A stretch of DNA of 64,000 bases from a virus, in IMG/VR virus record IMGVR_UViG_3300013233_000773. One strand, 5' to 3'. Position 1 is the stretch's first letter. Each line of letters opens with the position of its first letter. Below the pieces are notes generated by a model. That model searched no databases. It was not told the origin of the DNA and saw only the letters and a program-made list of their open reading frames with translations. Shown here in pieces: positions 11,516 through 20,634 of the stretch. A program made the translations under genes and the position numbers.

Positions 11516-12446
11516 ACAGCACCTCGGACGGATTGAGCAACACAGGACTAGTTACCAGGACGGGGCCGAAAGACCTGACCACCCCCATACACGAACCGAC
11601 TATCTCTGTGCTATCCGGATCCATCGTCCCGCCGTCGCCGGACATGACAAGCGTCACTGCGCCCCCGCGCATCTGTACAGTAGCGACGCCCGCGCGACCC
11701 TCAGACTGCACAAGGATAGGCCGTCCAGACCTGACGTCATTGGGTTCGTCCAGCAGCAGCAGGTCTCCCCGCCTGACTCCGCGGTCAGGATCCACGTCGC
11801 TGCCCTCCACGCGCAGGGCGAACGGATCCAGCCCGCCAAGGTCCGCGTCCAGCCTGGTCATCCTAGCCCCTGGAGGCTCCCAGAATAAGCCCCCGGATGA
11901 CACGGACCCACGAACCAGGAGCTTCCTGCGCTCGCCGTGCAGGAAGCTCCTGTCCGCTATGACGTACACCTGTCCTCTATTCGACCTCGGAGTCCTGGAC
12001 AGCACTCCTGCGGACACCATCTCCTCCATCTCCTCGGCAACCTGCTTGTTGGACGAGCGCATCAGCAAAGCCACTGCTGAAGCCGTCGGTGCTACACCGT
12101 CCCTGCGGATGCAATCCCACACGATGTTCAGAATAACCGTCTGCCGGCCCGTCAGCACGGCCCCGCGCCTGAGATGCCGGTTGGGCATTGACCCCTTCAG
12201 CGCATCCAGGACCTCTCCTGCAGCAACGCCCAGGATGGACGCTATCTGAACGACCGGAATACCGTCCGAGGCCAGGCGCGAGACCACCACGTCAAGACCT
12301 GGACCCTCCTCAATAAGGCCCGCCATGGAGAGATGATATTCTATCACCTCCCTGCGCATACAGAGGCGGGACATTATTGTGCCGACCGGCATGCCGTCCC
12401 GGTGCATTGAGGCGATGGTGTCAGTCAGGTCCATACCTAGTTTCAA
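11505..12446 (-). CDS. lexA: LexA-like repressor with extra N-terminal HTH domains and a degenerate S24 peptidase domain
   Basis: LexA wHTH (LTGRQTVILNIVWDCIRRDGVAPTASAVA...SRTPRSNRG) plus S24 fold (FALRVEGSDV...GDLLLLDEPNDVRSG). Likely start is ATG 12434. Confidence 0.8.
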   Translation of the reverse strand: MKLGMDLTDTIASMHRDGMPVGTIMSRLCMRREVIEYHLSMAGLIEEGPGLDVVVSRLASDGIPVVQIASILGVAAGEVLDALKGSMPNRHLRRGAVLTGRQTVILNIVWDCIRRDGVAPTASAVALLMRSSNKQVAEEMEEMVSAGVLSRTPRSNRGQVYVIADRSFLHGERRKLLVRGSVSSGGLFWEPPGARMTRLDADLGGLDPFALRVEGSDVDPDRGVRRGDLLLLDEPNDVRSGRPILVQSEGRAGVATVQMRGGAVTLVMSGDGGTMDPDSTEIVGSCMGVVRSFGPVLVTSPVLLNPSEVLYDH

Positions 12447-12711
12447 TCCGCGCTCCCACCGGAGCCACGACGTCCGGCTCCTCCCTCAGCACGCACAGGA
12501 AGTACCGCGCCGACAGGCGACCGCCGTCCCTGGACCACTCGGTCACGCACACCATGGACGGACAGGCCGCGCCTATAAACCCGTACGTCATCTGGTCTAC
12601 GCGACGATCTCCGTCCGTCCCAGACATGGAGCAGGTAGCCAGCTCATGTCCATGCGCACCCAGCAGCGCAGAGAATGCATCAAGGGACGTCTCTATCAGG
12701 CCATACTTCAT
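12421..12711 (-). CDS. Hypothetical protein (start MKYGLIE)
   Basis: GGAGG RBS before ATG 12711. This start avoids overlap with the opposite-strand glycosyltransferase. Confidence 0.5.
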   Translation of the reverse strand: MKYGLIETSLDAFSALLGAHGHELATCSMSGTDGDRRVDQMTYGFIGAACPSMVCVTEWSRDGGRLSARYFLCVLREEPDVVAPVGARIETRYGPD

Positions 12712-12762
12712 ATGAACATCCTCCAGTCCTATGTATCGTAGATATGAAAGGAGGCCAGCACC

Positions 12763-13464
12763 ATGATCACGATAATGACCGTGAACCACGACACTCCAAA
12801 GTTCATCGAACTGTGCATCAGGGCGGTCCACCTCCGCACGAACATACCATACCGACACCTGATCATCGACAACGGCTCCCGCCCAGCAACGAAGACCCTG
12901 CTCCGGGAGTTCAAGGGAATGGGATGGATAGACCTGTTAGAGAGAAAGGCCGCCAAGGGAAGCTGGGGGCACGCCGAAGCTCTTGACCAGGTTCTGAAGA
13001 AGGAGTTCGGCCTGGTCTGCCTACTGGACTCAGACGCCTACCCAGCGGACCCAACATGGCTCCGCTTCCTCCACGACGGACTGATCAGGAACAAGGCCTC
13101 GGCCATAGGATTCCCGCACTTCCGGGACGCCACGCTGCTGCATCCAGCCTGTATGCTCTTCAGGCACAGCGACTTCGTCGCCGCAGGCAGGCCAAGCTTC
13201 AGGATCAAGGGCTCTCTCCGAACCAAGTTCTGGGACACCGGCATGATAGTCTGCAGGGAGATGCGCCGCAAGGGCAAGCTGGTCCCCTGCGACGAGAAGG
13301 AGCTCGGAAGGATGGTCAAACACAGATGGAGAGCAACAAGGGCCGAGGTCGCAACGCACCGCAGGCAGAACGTGCTCGACGAAACGCCGCTCATCAAGTA
13401 TGCCAGGAAAAGCAGAGACTGGTTCAAGGACCCATCCGCAATGGAAGCTCTCGACCATCATTAA
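12763..13464 (+). CDS. Glycosyltransferase family 2
   Basis: TVNHDT...IIDNGS, DXD-like LLDSDA, GAAAGGAGG RBS. Confidence 0.85.
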   Translation: MITIMTVNHDTPKFIELCIRAVHLRTNIPYRHLIIDNGSRPATKTLLREFKGMGWIDLLERKAAKGSWGHAEALDQVLKKEFGLVCLLDSDAYPADPTWLRFLHDGLIRNKASAIGFPHFRDATLLHPACMLFRHSDFVAAGRPSFRIKGSLRTKFWDTGMIVCREMRRKGKLVPCDEKELGRMVKHRWRATRAEVATHRRQNVLDETPLIKYARKSRDWFKDPSAMEALDHH

Positions 13465-14120
13465 CGCGGCAACGGACAGGGAGGCACATACAGGACCTCA
13501 CCAGGAACGTCGTCCCCACCCATCACGTAGTGCCTAACTTCGCACAGGTGATAATGATAGCATTTCACCTCATGGCACGGATTTATGACGTCATATTGTT
13601 TCGACAGCAGGAACGCTATCCTGTTGTCGCACCTCATCTTCCCCATGTAGAAGTCCGCCTTGACGTCAGGAAAGCCGCCACGCACGATCCAGGCGTCCTG
13701 GCTGTGCTGGTTGCTACACGGCACTGGGTCCATTAGACAACCGTCCCGATAATCCCACCGTGAGAGCGCAAGACAATAGTTGCGCCAGTTCCATCCCTTA
13801 AGCAGGACCATGGACCCAGCATCCAGGACGATATCGGAATTCGCCACGGCATTTACATCGCCACCATGCTCCCTGGTCAACCTGAAGTAGTCCCTGTACG
13901 TCGGGCGGCCTTCCATGACGACAGTATGTAGCCTCGACCAGTTAGCATACCCGAACTCGCTCTTCAGATGGTCCAGGCGTTTGGCGTCCTTGCCGTTCGC
14001 CAGGACCACCACCAGGTCAAGCTCTGGATTGCACAGGTTCTCCACCAGGCAATAGTCGAGCTCGGTCTGCCGCCTGGGCTTGGCATCCACGTAGTAGTTG
14101 ATGAATAGATTGGCCTTCAT
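13461..14120 (-). CDS. Putative GT-A-fold glycosyltransferase-like conserved protein
   Basis: ANSDI (DXD-like), ALSRWD, SQDAW and CDNRIA motifs. Family recognition is tentative. Confidence 0.55.
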   Translation of the reverse strand: MKANLFINYYVDAKPRRQTELDYCLVENLCNPELDLVVVLANGKDAKRLDHLKSEFGYANWSRLHTVVMEGRPTYRDYFRLTREHGGDVNAVANSDIVLDAGSMVLLKGWNWRNYCLALSRWDYRDGCLMDPVPCSNQHSQDAWIVRGGFPDVKADFYMGKMRCDNRIAFLLSKQYDVINPCHEVKCYHYHLCEVRHYVMGGDDVPGEVLYVPPCPLPR

Positions 14121-14132
14121 GCGATACCCTGC

Positions 14133-14390
14133 TCACTCCGCATCAGGAGGGATGATCCCGGCGGCCTCTATGTCCTCTAGACTATATACCTTCCTTCCAC
14201 CGGCCATGCCGACCGGCTTACAACGCTTCTCGATCTCCCTGACGTACTCCCTCCAGTCCTTCGGCTTAACGTCCTCTGGGCCATCCCACCAGTGCACGCA
14301 ATGGACGCCATCCTTCCTTTCCGGGCAGGGCGTCTCCTCCAGACCGGTATAGCCACAACCACAGCATCTGCCCATGACGGGATCGCCCAT
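14133..14390 (-). CDS. Small Cys/His-rich hypothetical protein
   Basis: CCGCG...CPERKDGVHCVHW. Start uncertain (the track starts at 14429). Confidence 0.55.
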   Translation of the reverse strand: MGDPVMGRCCGCGYTGLEETPCPERKDGVHCVHWWDGPEDVKPKDWREYVREIEKRCKPVGMAGGRKVYSLEDIEAAGIIPPDAE

Positions 14391-14407
14391 GGTTAGATCT
14401 CCAGTGT

Positions 14408-15268
14408 TCAGCGGCCAATCCTCAACCACAGCAAGAACCTGTACTTCGGAGGCTCCCTCACGCGCCTCAGACAGTTCAGTTCAGAATATTCGCGCTCCGA
14501 CATGGAACACCGCCTGGCCCTGTCGTAGACCGTCTTCTTGTGCACGGACGAACCATCCACGGCGACATAATGATAGCTGGGAGAGGTCATCCCGTCGGCC
14601 AACCAGTTGGCGGCAAGATAGATCGTCCCGGAGTGTCCCTGCGCAGGATCTGCGAACGACGTCAACAGCCTGACCTCAGGATTCTCCCGACCATACCTGG
14701 AGACAGCCCTGGACAACAACCACGACGCGAAGTTCTTCCGCTGATAGTCCGGGTGAAGGCAGAACCTCACTAGCTCCCGGACCTCGGACTGCTCAAGGCC
14801 ATGCCTGGACGCCATCTCCGCGCGCACCACCGGACCGACCGTCACCGCCCCGACCAGCGTTCCACCAAGGCGCGCACCGACCGTCCAGCCACGCCTGCCG
14901 GACCTACCCAGATAGTGGAAGGCCCCATAGAAGTCAAGGTACTCACTGGCCGGAACCGTCTCAAGACGGACCTCGTCGAACGAGAACTCCATCGGCGACA
15001 TGGCGAGCCCGATCCTCCGCTCCAACTCACCCAGGTCGTCGCCGACCACCATGAACCTGTCCCGGTAGCGGGCGAATCCCGCCATTATCTTCTCCCGCTC
15101 CTTCGGCTTCCTGGCAAGCCACTCGGACTTGGTCTCCACCACGAGGAACTCACCGTTCGACAACCAGATCCGGAAGTCAGGGACGAAGTGTCTCTCCCTT
15201 CCCCCCGAACTCATACGGCACGAGGTCAAAGTCCCTCTCCAGACGGACGACACGCCCGTCGGAGTCAC
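14408..15268 (-). CDS. C-terminal part of an HTH/TnsA-like endonuclease-Mom fusion (nuclease C-half plus Mom-like GNAT domain)
   Basis: RHFVPDFRIWLSNGEFLVVETK followed by FHYLGRSG...ELVRFCL...NFASWLLSRAV...SFADPAQGHSGTIYLAANW. Continues ORF 15177..16382 across a frameshift. Confidence 0.85.
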   Translation of the reverse strand: MTPTGVSSVWRGTLTSCRMSSGGRERHFVPDFRIWLSNGEFLVVETKSEWLARKPKEREKIMAGFARYRDRFMVVGDDLGELERRIGLAMSPMEFSFDEVRLETVPASEYLDFYGAFHYLGRSGRRGWTVGARLGGTLVGAVTVGPVVRAEMASRHGLEQSEVRELVRFCLHPDYQRKNFASWLLSRAVSRYGRENPEVRLLTSFADPAQGHSGTIYLAANWLADGMTSPSYHYVAVDGSSVHKKTVYDRARRCSMSEREYSELNCLRRVREPPKYRFLLWLRIGR

Positions 15269-16382
15269 ACGCCTCTATCAGCCGGAGCTCGTACGACGAG
15301 TCATGGTTAAGCTCGCCGAACCTCGTGGACACCGTACCGCGCCTTGACCGGACCAGTCCGCGCCTTCGCAGGTCCGAGATCAGCAGCGACTGTCTACGCC
15401 TCCTGTCCAGGTCTGACCACAGCTCCGACTGCTTCCTCCGGACGACCTCGACGTACTCCGGATGGTCCTCCCAGAACTTCCTTCCAAAGACGGCACCGAC
15501 CTCGGCGCAGTACCTCCTCGTCTCCTCGACGTGCCTGCGTCCATGAAACGGATTGCCACCGCCAGAGAACATCTCGGACACAGCATCCGGCCTCACGCCC
15601 TCCCCGACCAGGATCCGCTTGACTGCCTCGACGGTACAGCCGAACCTTGCCGCAACCCTGCTCATGGAGCCGACCGCACGATACGCACCGAGCACGGCCC
15701 CACGGTCGAGCCGCTGGTTCCTCCTCGAGATCGAAACCTTCTCTATCCCGTACTTTCTCAATCTATAGTCGACGAAGCCCACTCCCCTGCCGATGAACGA
15801 GGCTATCGCCGGCATGCCGTATCTGCAATATGCGTTCCTGAACCACTCCTCCGTGTCCTCATATGGCGGCAGGTCGGTCGGTACGGACTCACTGCGACGC
15901 TTGCGCACCATCCGGGGCTTCCGGACCGGCACTCCGCCCTCCACGAGGACCTTTCTCACGACATAGGTGGACACGCCATGCCTGCTGGCCACCACGTGCA
16001 TGCTGTCGCCGGACCCATACTCCCTGCAGATGACCGCGCGGTCAATGCCGTCCACGGCCACCTTCACTTCATGCTTCTTGAGCACGCGACCGACCGCAGC
16101 GACTGACCTGTCGGTATCCTCGGCTATCCTGGAGACCGTCAACCCACGCCCCCGGAGCGAGACCACCCTCCTCACGAACTCCGGATCGAACCTAGACCTC
16201 TGAGCACCTGACCTAGATCGAGACAGGCCAAGATGTCTGAACAGCTTCCCGACCGTGCGCCGCGGAACGCCAAGCAGGACACCTATCTCCGCCTGAGTCT
16301 TGCCCTCGCCGAACCACGCCCTCACGCGCTCCTTGTCGGACTTGGAGAACGTCTCGTGAACAGGAACCGGAACAGAACCCAT
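15177..16382 (-). CDS. N-terminal part of the same gene: multiple HTHs, NUMOD3-like motif and start of the TnsA-like nuclease
   Basis: Several HTH-like segments, NUMOD3-like GNPFHGRRHVEETR, then HDSSYELRLIEACD...VPYEFGG. Terminates just after a G6 run. Confidence 0.8.
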   Translation of the reverse strand: MGSVPVPVHETFSKSDKERVRAWFGEGKTQAEIGVLLGVPRRTVGKLFRHLGLSRSRSGAQRSRFDPEFVRRVVSLRGRGLTVSRIAEDTDRSVAAVGRVLKKHEVKVAVDGIDRAVICREYGSGDSMHVVASRHGVSTYVVRKVLVEGGVPVRKPRMVRKRRSESVPTDLPPYEDTEEWFRNAYCRYGMPAIASFIGRGVGFVDYRLRKYGIEKVSISRRNQRLDRGAVLGAYRAVGSMSRVAARFGCTVEAVKRILVGEGVRPDAVSEMFSGGGNPFHGRRHVEETRRYCAEVGAVFGRKFWEDHPEYVEVVRRKQSELWSDLDRRRRQSLLISDLRRRGLVRSRRGTVSTRFGELNHDSSYELRLIEACDSDGRVVRLERDFDLVPYEFGGKGETLRP

Positions 16383-16385
16383 GAA

Positions 16386-18086
16386 TTACCTTCTCCCGAG
16401 CACCTCTACGAAGAACTCAACCGGAGACCTCACCCTGTTCCTGGAGCGTAGCGGCACCACCCTGGCACGGAACCGGGAACACACGAAGTCCCTAAGCCTT
16501 CCATCAAGGTGCAGCACCGTCCTTCCGACCTCCAGGGCACGCCCTATCAGGCCCACGACGAACGACCCAGCCCACTCCTCAAAGCCACCATAATCCACGC
16601 CGTCCAGATAGTCCTCCTTGTTCCAGAACGGCGGAGAAGTGAACACGAATCCATCACCCGGCCACCCCGCATCCTCCCACCTAGAGTTCAACAGGACGGC
16701 GGAACTGCCTAGATAGTCACGGAGCCCAACGAGCCCAGGAAAGCAGATCCCCGGATCAGTGCCCCAGTAGTCCAGCCCCAGCACGTGTGACGCAAGTAAT
16801 CTGTTGCCCCAGCCGGCACAGGGATCGACCCACCGGCCCGACAGGTCTAGCGTCCTGACCGCAGCCATCACGGCAGGACACCCGAGCAGGGAAGCTCTGG
16901 ACATCCCGACGAACATCATTTCCCTCAATAGCCTCCTCGGACCTATCCTCGAACCAGGGTTTAGAAATAGGCGCTCAACGCCCTTGCGCACCAGGTCAGA
17001 GCGCAGGCCAGCAACTGGCGGTTGCCCGTTCAAGGAGACCCTCCAGACGTCCGGCTGAAAGCTACAGACAACCTCGTTGCCTGCGGAGTGCAGGTTCCTT
17101 ATGGACTGGCCGTCCATGAACTGCCCAAGATCAGTCCCACGCAGTCTCTCAAGGTCACCCTCCCTGTCGAACCATCCCGGAGCGGACCAGCCCTCCTCAA
17201 GTACGAGACCGGTAACGCGGTCAACGACCTCATGGACGTCGGTCCTATGCCGCACGTCGCCCTGCGGAATGCACAACTCAAAGTCATGCATCGACCTCCA
17301 CCGCAGGACCTCCCTGCCCCAGAACTCGTCATATCTGGCATGCTTCCTGTCCAGGAAGACGGTTGCTCCATCATAGAGCCAATCGAGCAGGACAGCCAGT
17401 CTACTTCCACCATTCCACTTCAGCTCGTGCACGGACCCACGGCGGCGGACCGCTCCGGACAGGCCGATTGCCGAATGGACCCGCTCGTCCATGGACCGCA
17501 GCGGGCCGGCATGGCGGCAGACGATGTTGACGTACCATGAGGACGTCTTGCCGGACCACCTGGACAGGCACCCGTCACCGTCAAAATAACCACGCAGGAA
17601 ATGACGGAACGAGCAGTCCGGGACATGTCCTATGATGGAAGGATCGCCATTCTCCTTGTACCGCTGCCAGCCAAGGCCGAGCAATCTCCTGGACATGCCG
17701 GTTGAGTTGAAGACGAGCCCCTTCCTTGGGTGTTCACGGTCATCCGCGACAAGCCTGCCCCGATGTCCTATGGCGGCCTGCAGTTTCTTGAGGTGACCGC
17801 CGTCGGATTCCTTCAGGAAGACGCGCACAGCACGCCTGGTTCCTGCCGACTTGGCCAGGCATCCGTCGGCAAGCAGGAATCCGAGCCAATAGGATGGCTT
17901 TTCTGCCTCAAGGTCGCCAAAGAAGTCTTCTCGGAGCCTGAACTTCCTTGTTCCGGTAGACCTTCCCTTGAGGCCGAGCCTGCGCCAGTAACGACGCACC
18001 GTGGTTATTCCACAGCCGAGCTCTACCGCCATTCTTCTCTGCGTGAAGCCGTCTGCATGGAGCTTTATGATGACATTTTCGTCCAT
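16386..18086 (-). CDS. HTH-LAGLIDADG endonuclease fused to an amino-DNA methyltransferase domain
   Basis: YWLGFLLADG and FLRGYFDGDG motifs; C-terminal SAM-binding DPCAGWG and catalytic-type FTSPPF. Confidence 0.85.
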   Translation of the reverse strand: MDENVIIKLHADGFTQRRMAVELGCGITTVRRYWRRLGLKGRSTGTRKFRLREDFFGDLEAEKPSYWLGFLLADGCLAKSAGTRRAVRVFLKESDGGHLKKLQAAIGHRGRLVADDREHPRKGLVFNSTGMSRRLLGLGWQRYKENGDPSIIGHVPDCSFRHFLRGYFDGDGCLSRWSGKTSSWYVNIVCRHAGPLRSMDERVHSAIGLSGAVRRRGSVHELKWNGGSRLAVLLDWLYDGATVFLDRKHARYDEFWGREVLRWRSMHDFELCIPQGDVRHRTDVHEVVDRVTGLVLEEGWSAPGWFDREGDLERLRGTDLGQFMDGQSIRNLHSAGNEVVCSFQPDVWRVSLNGQPPVAGLRSDLVRKGVERLFLNPGSRIGPRRLLREMMFVGMSRASLLGCPAVMAAVRTLDLSGRWVDPCAGWGNRLLASHVLGLDYWGTDPGICFPGLVGLRDYLGSSAVLLNSRWEDAGWPGDGFVFTSPPFWNKEDYLDGVDYGGFEEWAGSFVVGLIGRALEVGRTVLHLDGRLRDFVCSRFRARVVPLRSRNRVRSPVEFFVEVLGRR

Positions 18087-18089
18087 TGA

Positions 18090-18115
18090 TAGAAGTATCC
18101 AGTAGAAGTATCCAA
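18090..18115. repeat. 13-bp direct repeat TAGAAGTATCCA(G/A) x2
   Basis: Read directly, immediately upstream of the LAGLIDADG-MTase start codon. Confidence 0.85.
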
Positions 18116-18194
18116 CAGTATGTTTGTATCGGACAAGCTGTTCAAATAAACTATCTCAACACCAACTGGCGACTTAGATGAGATGTCTTCCTAT

Positions 18195-18233
18195 AAAAAG
18201 AGGCCCCGGAGGATGTGCTCTCCGGGGCCTCTT
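18195..18233 (-). terminator. Rho-independent terminator after the major capsid gene
   Basis: 14-bp perfect stem AAGAGGCCCCGGAG / CTCCGGGGCCTCTT with an 8-nt loop, running into a T5 tract on the minus strand. Confidence 0.9.
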
Positions 18234-18265
18234 ATGCCCGTGCCTATTATGACAAGGTGCGGAAA

Positions 18266-19816
18266 CTACAGGTTGGAGACTGTCACAACACCGTAGTAAA
18301 GTCCGCCGTCCTCGATGAGTTTCTTGCCGTATCGGGTCATGATGCCCTTGGAAGGCGTGAAACTGTTCGGATCGAGGACCGTGGGGGTGCTCAGGAGCGG
18401 TATGTACGGCGCGTAGAAGTACCCGCTGTCGAGCACCGAGTTGCCCTTGAAGCCGAGCAGGATCTTGCAGTTGGGGAAGAGCGGATCCTTGTAGAGCCGC
18501 AGCTTGCCCTGGATCGTTCCGGCGGAGGTGATGCCGATGTCGATCCCGTCCTGGGCGAGGGCGTCGGAACCACGGAAGTCATTCAACTGCTCGAACTTGG
18601 AGGCGATGTCGGCAGAGGTCACCATCCAGTTGGCCGGCCCGCGGAGGGTCGTCCTGTGGATGATGTTGGAGACTTCCAGCACCTTGTAGAGCAGGGCGAT
18701 GTTCCGATCGGTGAAGTTGACCGAAGCTCCTGCCGCCGTTCCGAAGTTGTGGGTGGTCCTGATCGAACTGGCGATGATCAGGTCGTTGATGATTTCGCGG
18801 TCGATCTCGGCGACCATCTCGTCGGCCATGAGGTCGGTGAGGGTCCCTTCCGCGTCGATGTTGTGGACGCTCTTGAGGTCCTGGGCCGCTTCGAGGGACC
18901 AGGAGGTCTTGAGCTTCCGGGTGATCGCGCTGACCGTGTCACTGTCGATCGAGAGCGTGATCTCGGGCTGGAAGGGGTTGTTCTCCAGGTCGAACTCGTA
19001 GTCAGCCCTGGCGATCGCTCCTGCCGGGAACGAGCCGGACGAGAGGGTGATCTTGAGGCTGGCATCGGTGTGGTCGAACTTGGTCGCTCCTGGAGTGGTC
19101 GTGTCGACTGTGACCGTGGGACAGGCCGTCGAGTCGCTGACCAGGACCTGGTCCGGGTCGCCGTTCGAGTCGAAGCTGATCTGCAGGCAGGGCTCTGGCG
19201 ACTCGCAATTGTCGGCATCGGAGAGGAAGACGTTGACGGTGAGGGTACCGCCGAGCACGGGCTTGTGGAGCAGGCCAGAGCTGGTGATGAGGGTACCGGC
19301 GGTGTCGATGGTGAGATCTTCGTCCTTGACGGTCTGGGAGCTGTAATAGGGGTCGAGCGCCCATCCGTTCTGCCGTGCGAACTGCTGGGCGGTGTTCTGC
19401 CTCATGATCTGGGTTCCGGCGACCGTCTGGCCCTTGCTGATGGCGTAGCGGTATCGGATGTAGAAGATGAGGCTGGCTGGGCTGCTCATGGGTTGGACGC
19501 CGACGAGGTTGTCCGCGATCAGCCGGGGGTAGGACTTCCGGATGAGGGGAAGGGCGAACCTGGTGAAGTCGGCGATGTTGCCGGTGGTGGTCGCTTCCTC
19601 GAAGAGGGGGGACCCTTTCCGGTCGCTGTGGGCGTGCTGGTTCTCGAGCATGGCGGCCATGAGGTCGAACTTGCCTGCCTTGACCTCGGCGCATTTCTTG
19701 AGCACGGGTGCCCATTTCTTGACGAGCTTGTTGCGGCGTGCTTCCATCATGAGGTGGGCGTCGCGCCGTTTGTTGTCCTCGGTAATGGTGCCGGCCCTGG
19801 GGGTTCCGCTTCGCAT
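18266..19816 (-). CDS. gp23: Major capsid protein (T4 gp23-like)
   Basis: LIADNLVGVQPMSSPASLIFYIRY, TRKLKTSWSLEAAQDLKSVHNIDAE, GYFYAPYIPL, KGIMTRYG. Confidence 0.97.
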   Translation of the reverse strand: MRSGTPRAGTITEDNKRRDAHLMMEARRNKLVKKWAPVLKKCAEVKAGKFDLMAAMLENQHAHSDRKGSPLFEEATTTGNIADFTRFALPLIRKSYPRLIADNLVGVQPMSSPASLIFYIRYRYAISKGQTVAGTQIMRQNTAQQFARQNGWALDPYYSSQTVKDEDLTIDTAGTLITSSGLLHKPVLGGTLTVNVFLSDADNCESPEPCLQISFDSNGDPDQVLVSDSTACPTVTVDTTTPGATKFDHTDASLKITLSSGSFPAGAIARADYEFDLENNPFQPEITLSIDSDTVSAITRKLKTSWSLEAAQDLKSVHNIDAEGTLTDLMADEMVAEIDREIINDLIIASSIRTTHNFGTAAGASVNFTDRNIALLYKVLEVSNIIHRTTLRGPANWMVTSADIASKFEQLNDFRGSDALAQDGIDIGITSAGTIQGKLRLYKDPLFPNCKILLGFKGNSVLDSGYFYAPYIPLLSTPTVLDPNSFTPSKGIMTRYGKKLIEDGGLYYGVVTVSNL

Positions 19817-19850
19817 CTTCGTTCTCCTGTCAGTGGTTGAGATCCTTGGC

Positions 19851-20600
19851 TTAGTCGACTATGACGGCTGGCTTGCCGTCGAGCGACTCGGCGATGGCCA
19901 TGACTTCGGGATGGTCGGACTTGGTCAGCTGTTCGTTGGTCCTTGCTGGCTTCCGCTCTTCGAGGGCCTTTCCACGCTTCCTGGTGGTCTTGGGGGTCGC
20001 GGCCTGTTCCTGGAGGACCTTGAGCTCCTTGACGGCGTTCTTGCCGCCGGTCCTCTTGGACTCCGTGACGGACCTTGCCCTGGGGGCCTTCTCGAGCTTG
20101 GCTTCCAGCTTGGTCTCAAGAATGCGTTGCCGTTCGATCAGCTTGCGGGCGATCTTGTTGGCGTGGCCGTTCTTGACGATCAGCTGCTGGCATCTTTCCT
20201 GTAGTTGTCCAACCTTGGCTCGAAGCTTCTTGGTCTCTTCCGCTGTCTGGAGGTCGGGCAGTTCCAAATTGACGCCTTCAAGGAGGCTCTTGACGCCTCT
20301 GAGCGTCTTGGATGCTTCGGACTCGCCAATCGCGGCCTGCTTCGATGCTTCTCGGTTGATGGTGTTCACTCTTGCTTCAAGGAAGACTTCGACGCGGCGG
20401 GCGAGGTCCTCCTTGTATCTCGTGGTCTCGGCCAGGCATGCTTGCTTGGCCTTCTGGAGGCGCTTGACGTAGTCCGCCTGGAACTGTTCGTGGATCGCCT
20501 CCTCGGAGGCCTTCTTCCAGGCCCTCATTTCGGAGACGAACCTGTTGGCCAGCTCGTCAGTGGCACCCATCTTCTTGAGAATCTCGAGCATCTTGTTCAT
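19851..20600 (-). CDS. Prohead scaffolding/core protein (gp22-like)
   Basis: Coiled-coil protein between the protease and capsid genes (T4 21-22-23 order). Confidence 0.7.
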   Translation of the reverse strand: MNKMLEILKKMGATDELANRFVSEMRAWKKASEEAIHEQFQADYVKRLQKAKQACLAETTRYKEDLARRVEVFLEARVNTINREASKQAAIGESEASKTLRGVKSLLEGVNLELPDLQTAEETKKLRAKVGQLQERCQQLIVKNGHANKIARKLIERQRILETKLEAKLEKAPRARSVTESKRTGGKNAVKELKVLQEQAATPKTTRKRGKALEERKPARTNEQLTKSDHPEVMAIAESLDGKPAVIVD

Positions 20601-20634
20601 GAATCCCTCTCCTGATGGTAACTTTGCCCAGAGA

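Noticed and set aside
14408-16382. Tn7-like transposon suggested by the TnsA-like nuclease
   Set aside because: No TnsB/C/D or terminal repeats nearby. TnsA-like domains also occur as free-standing phage endonucleases.
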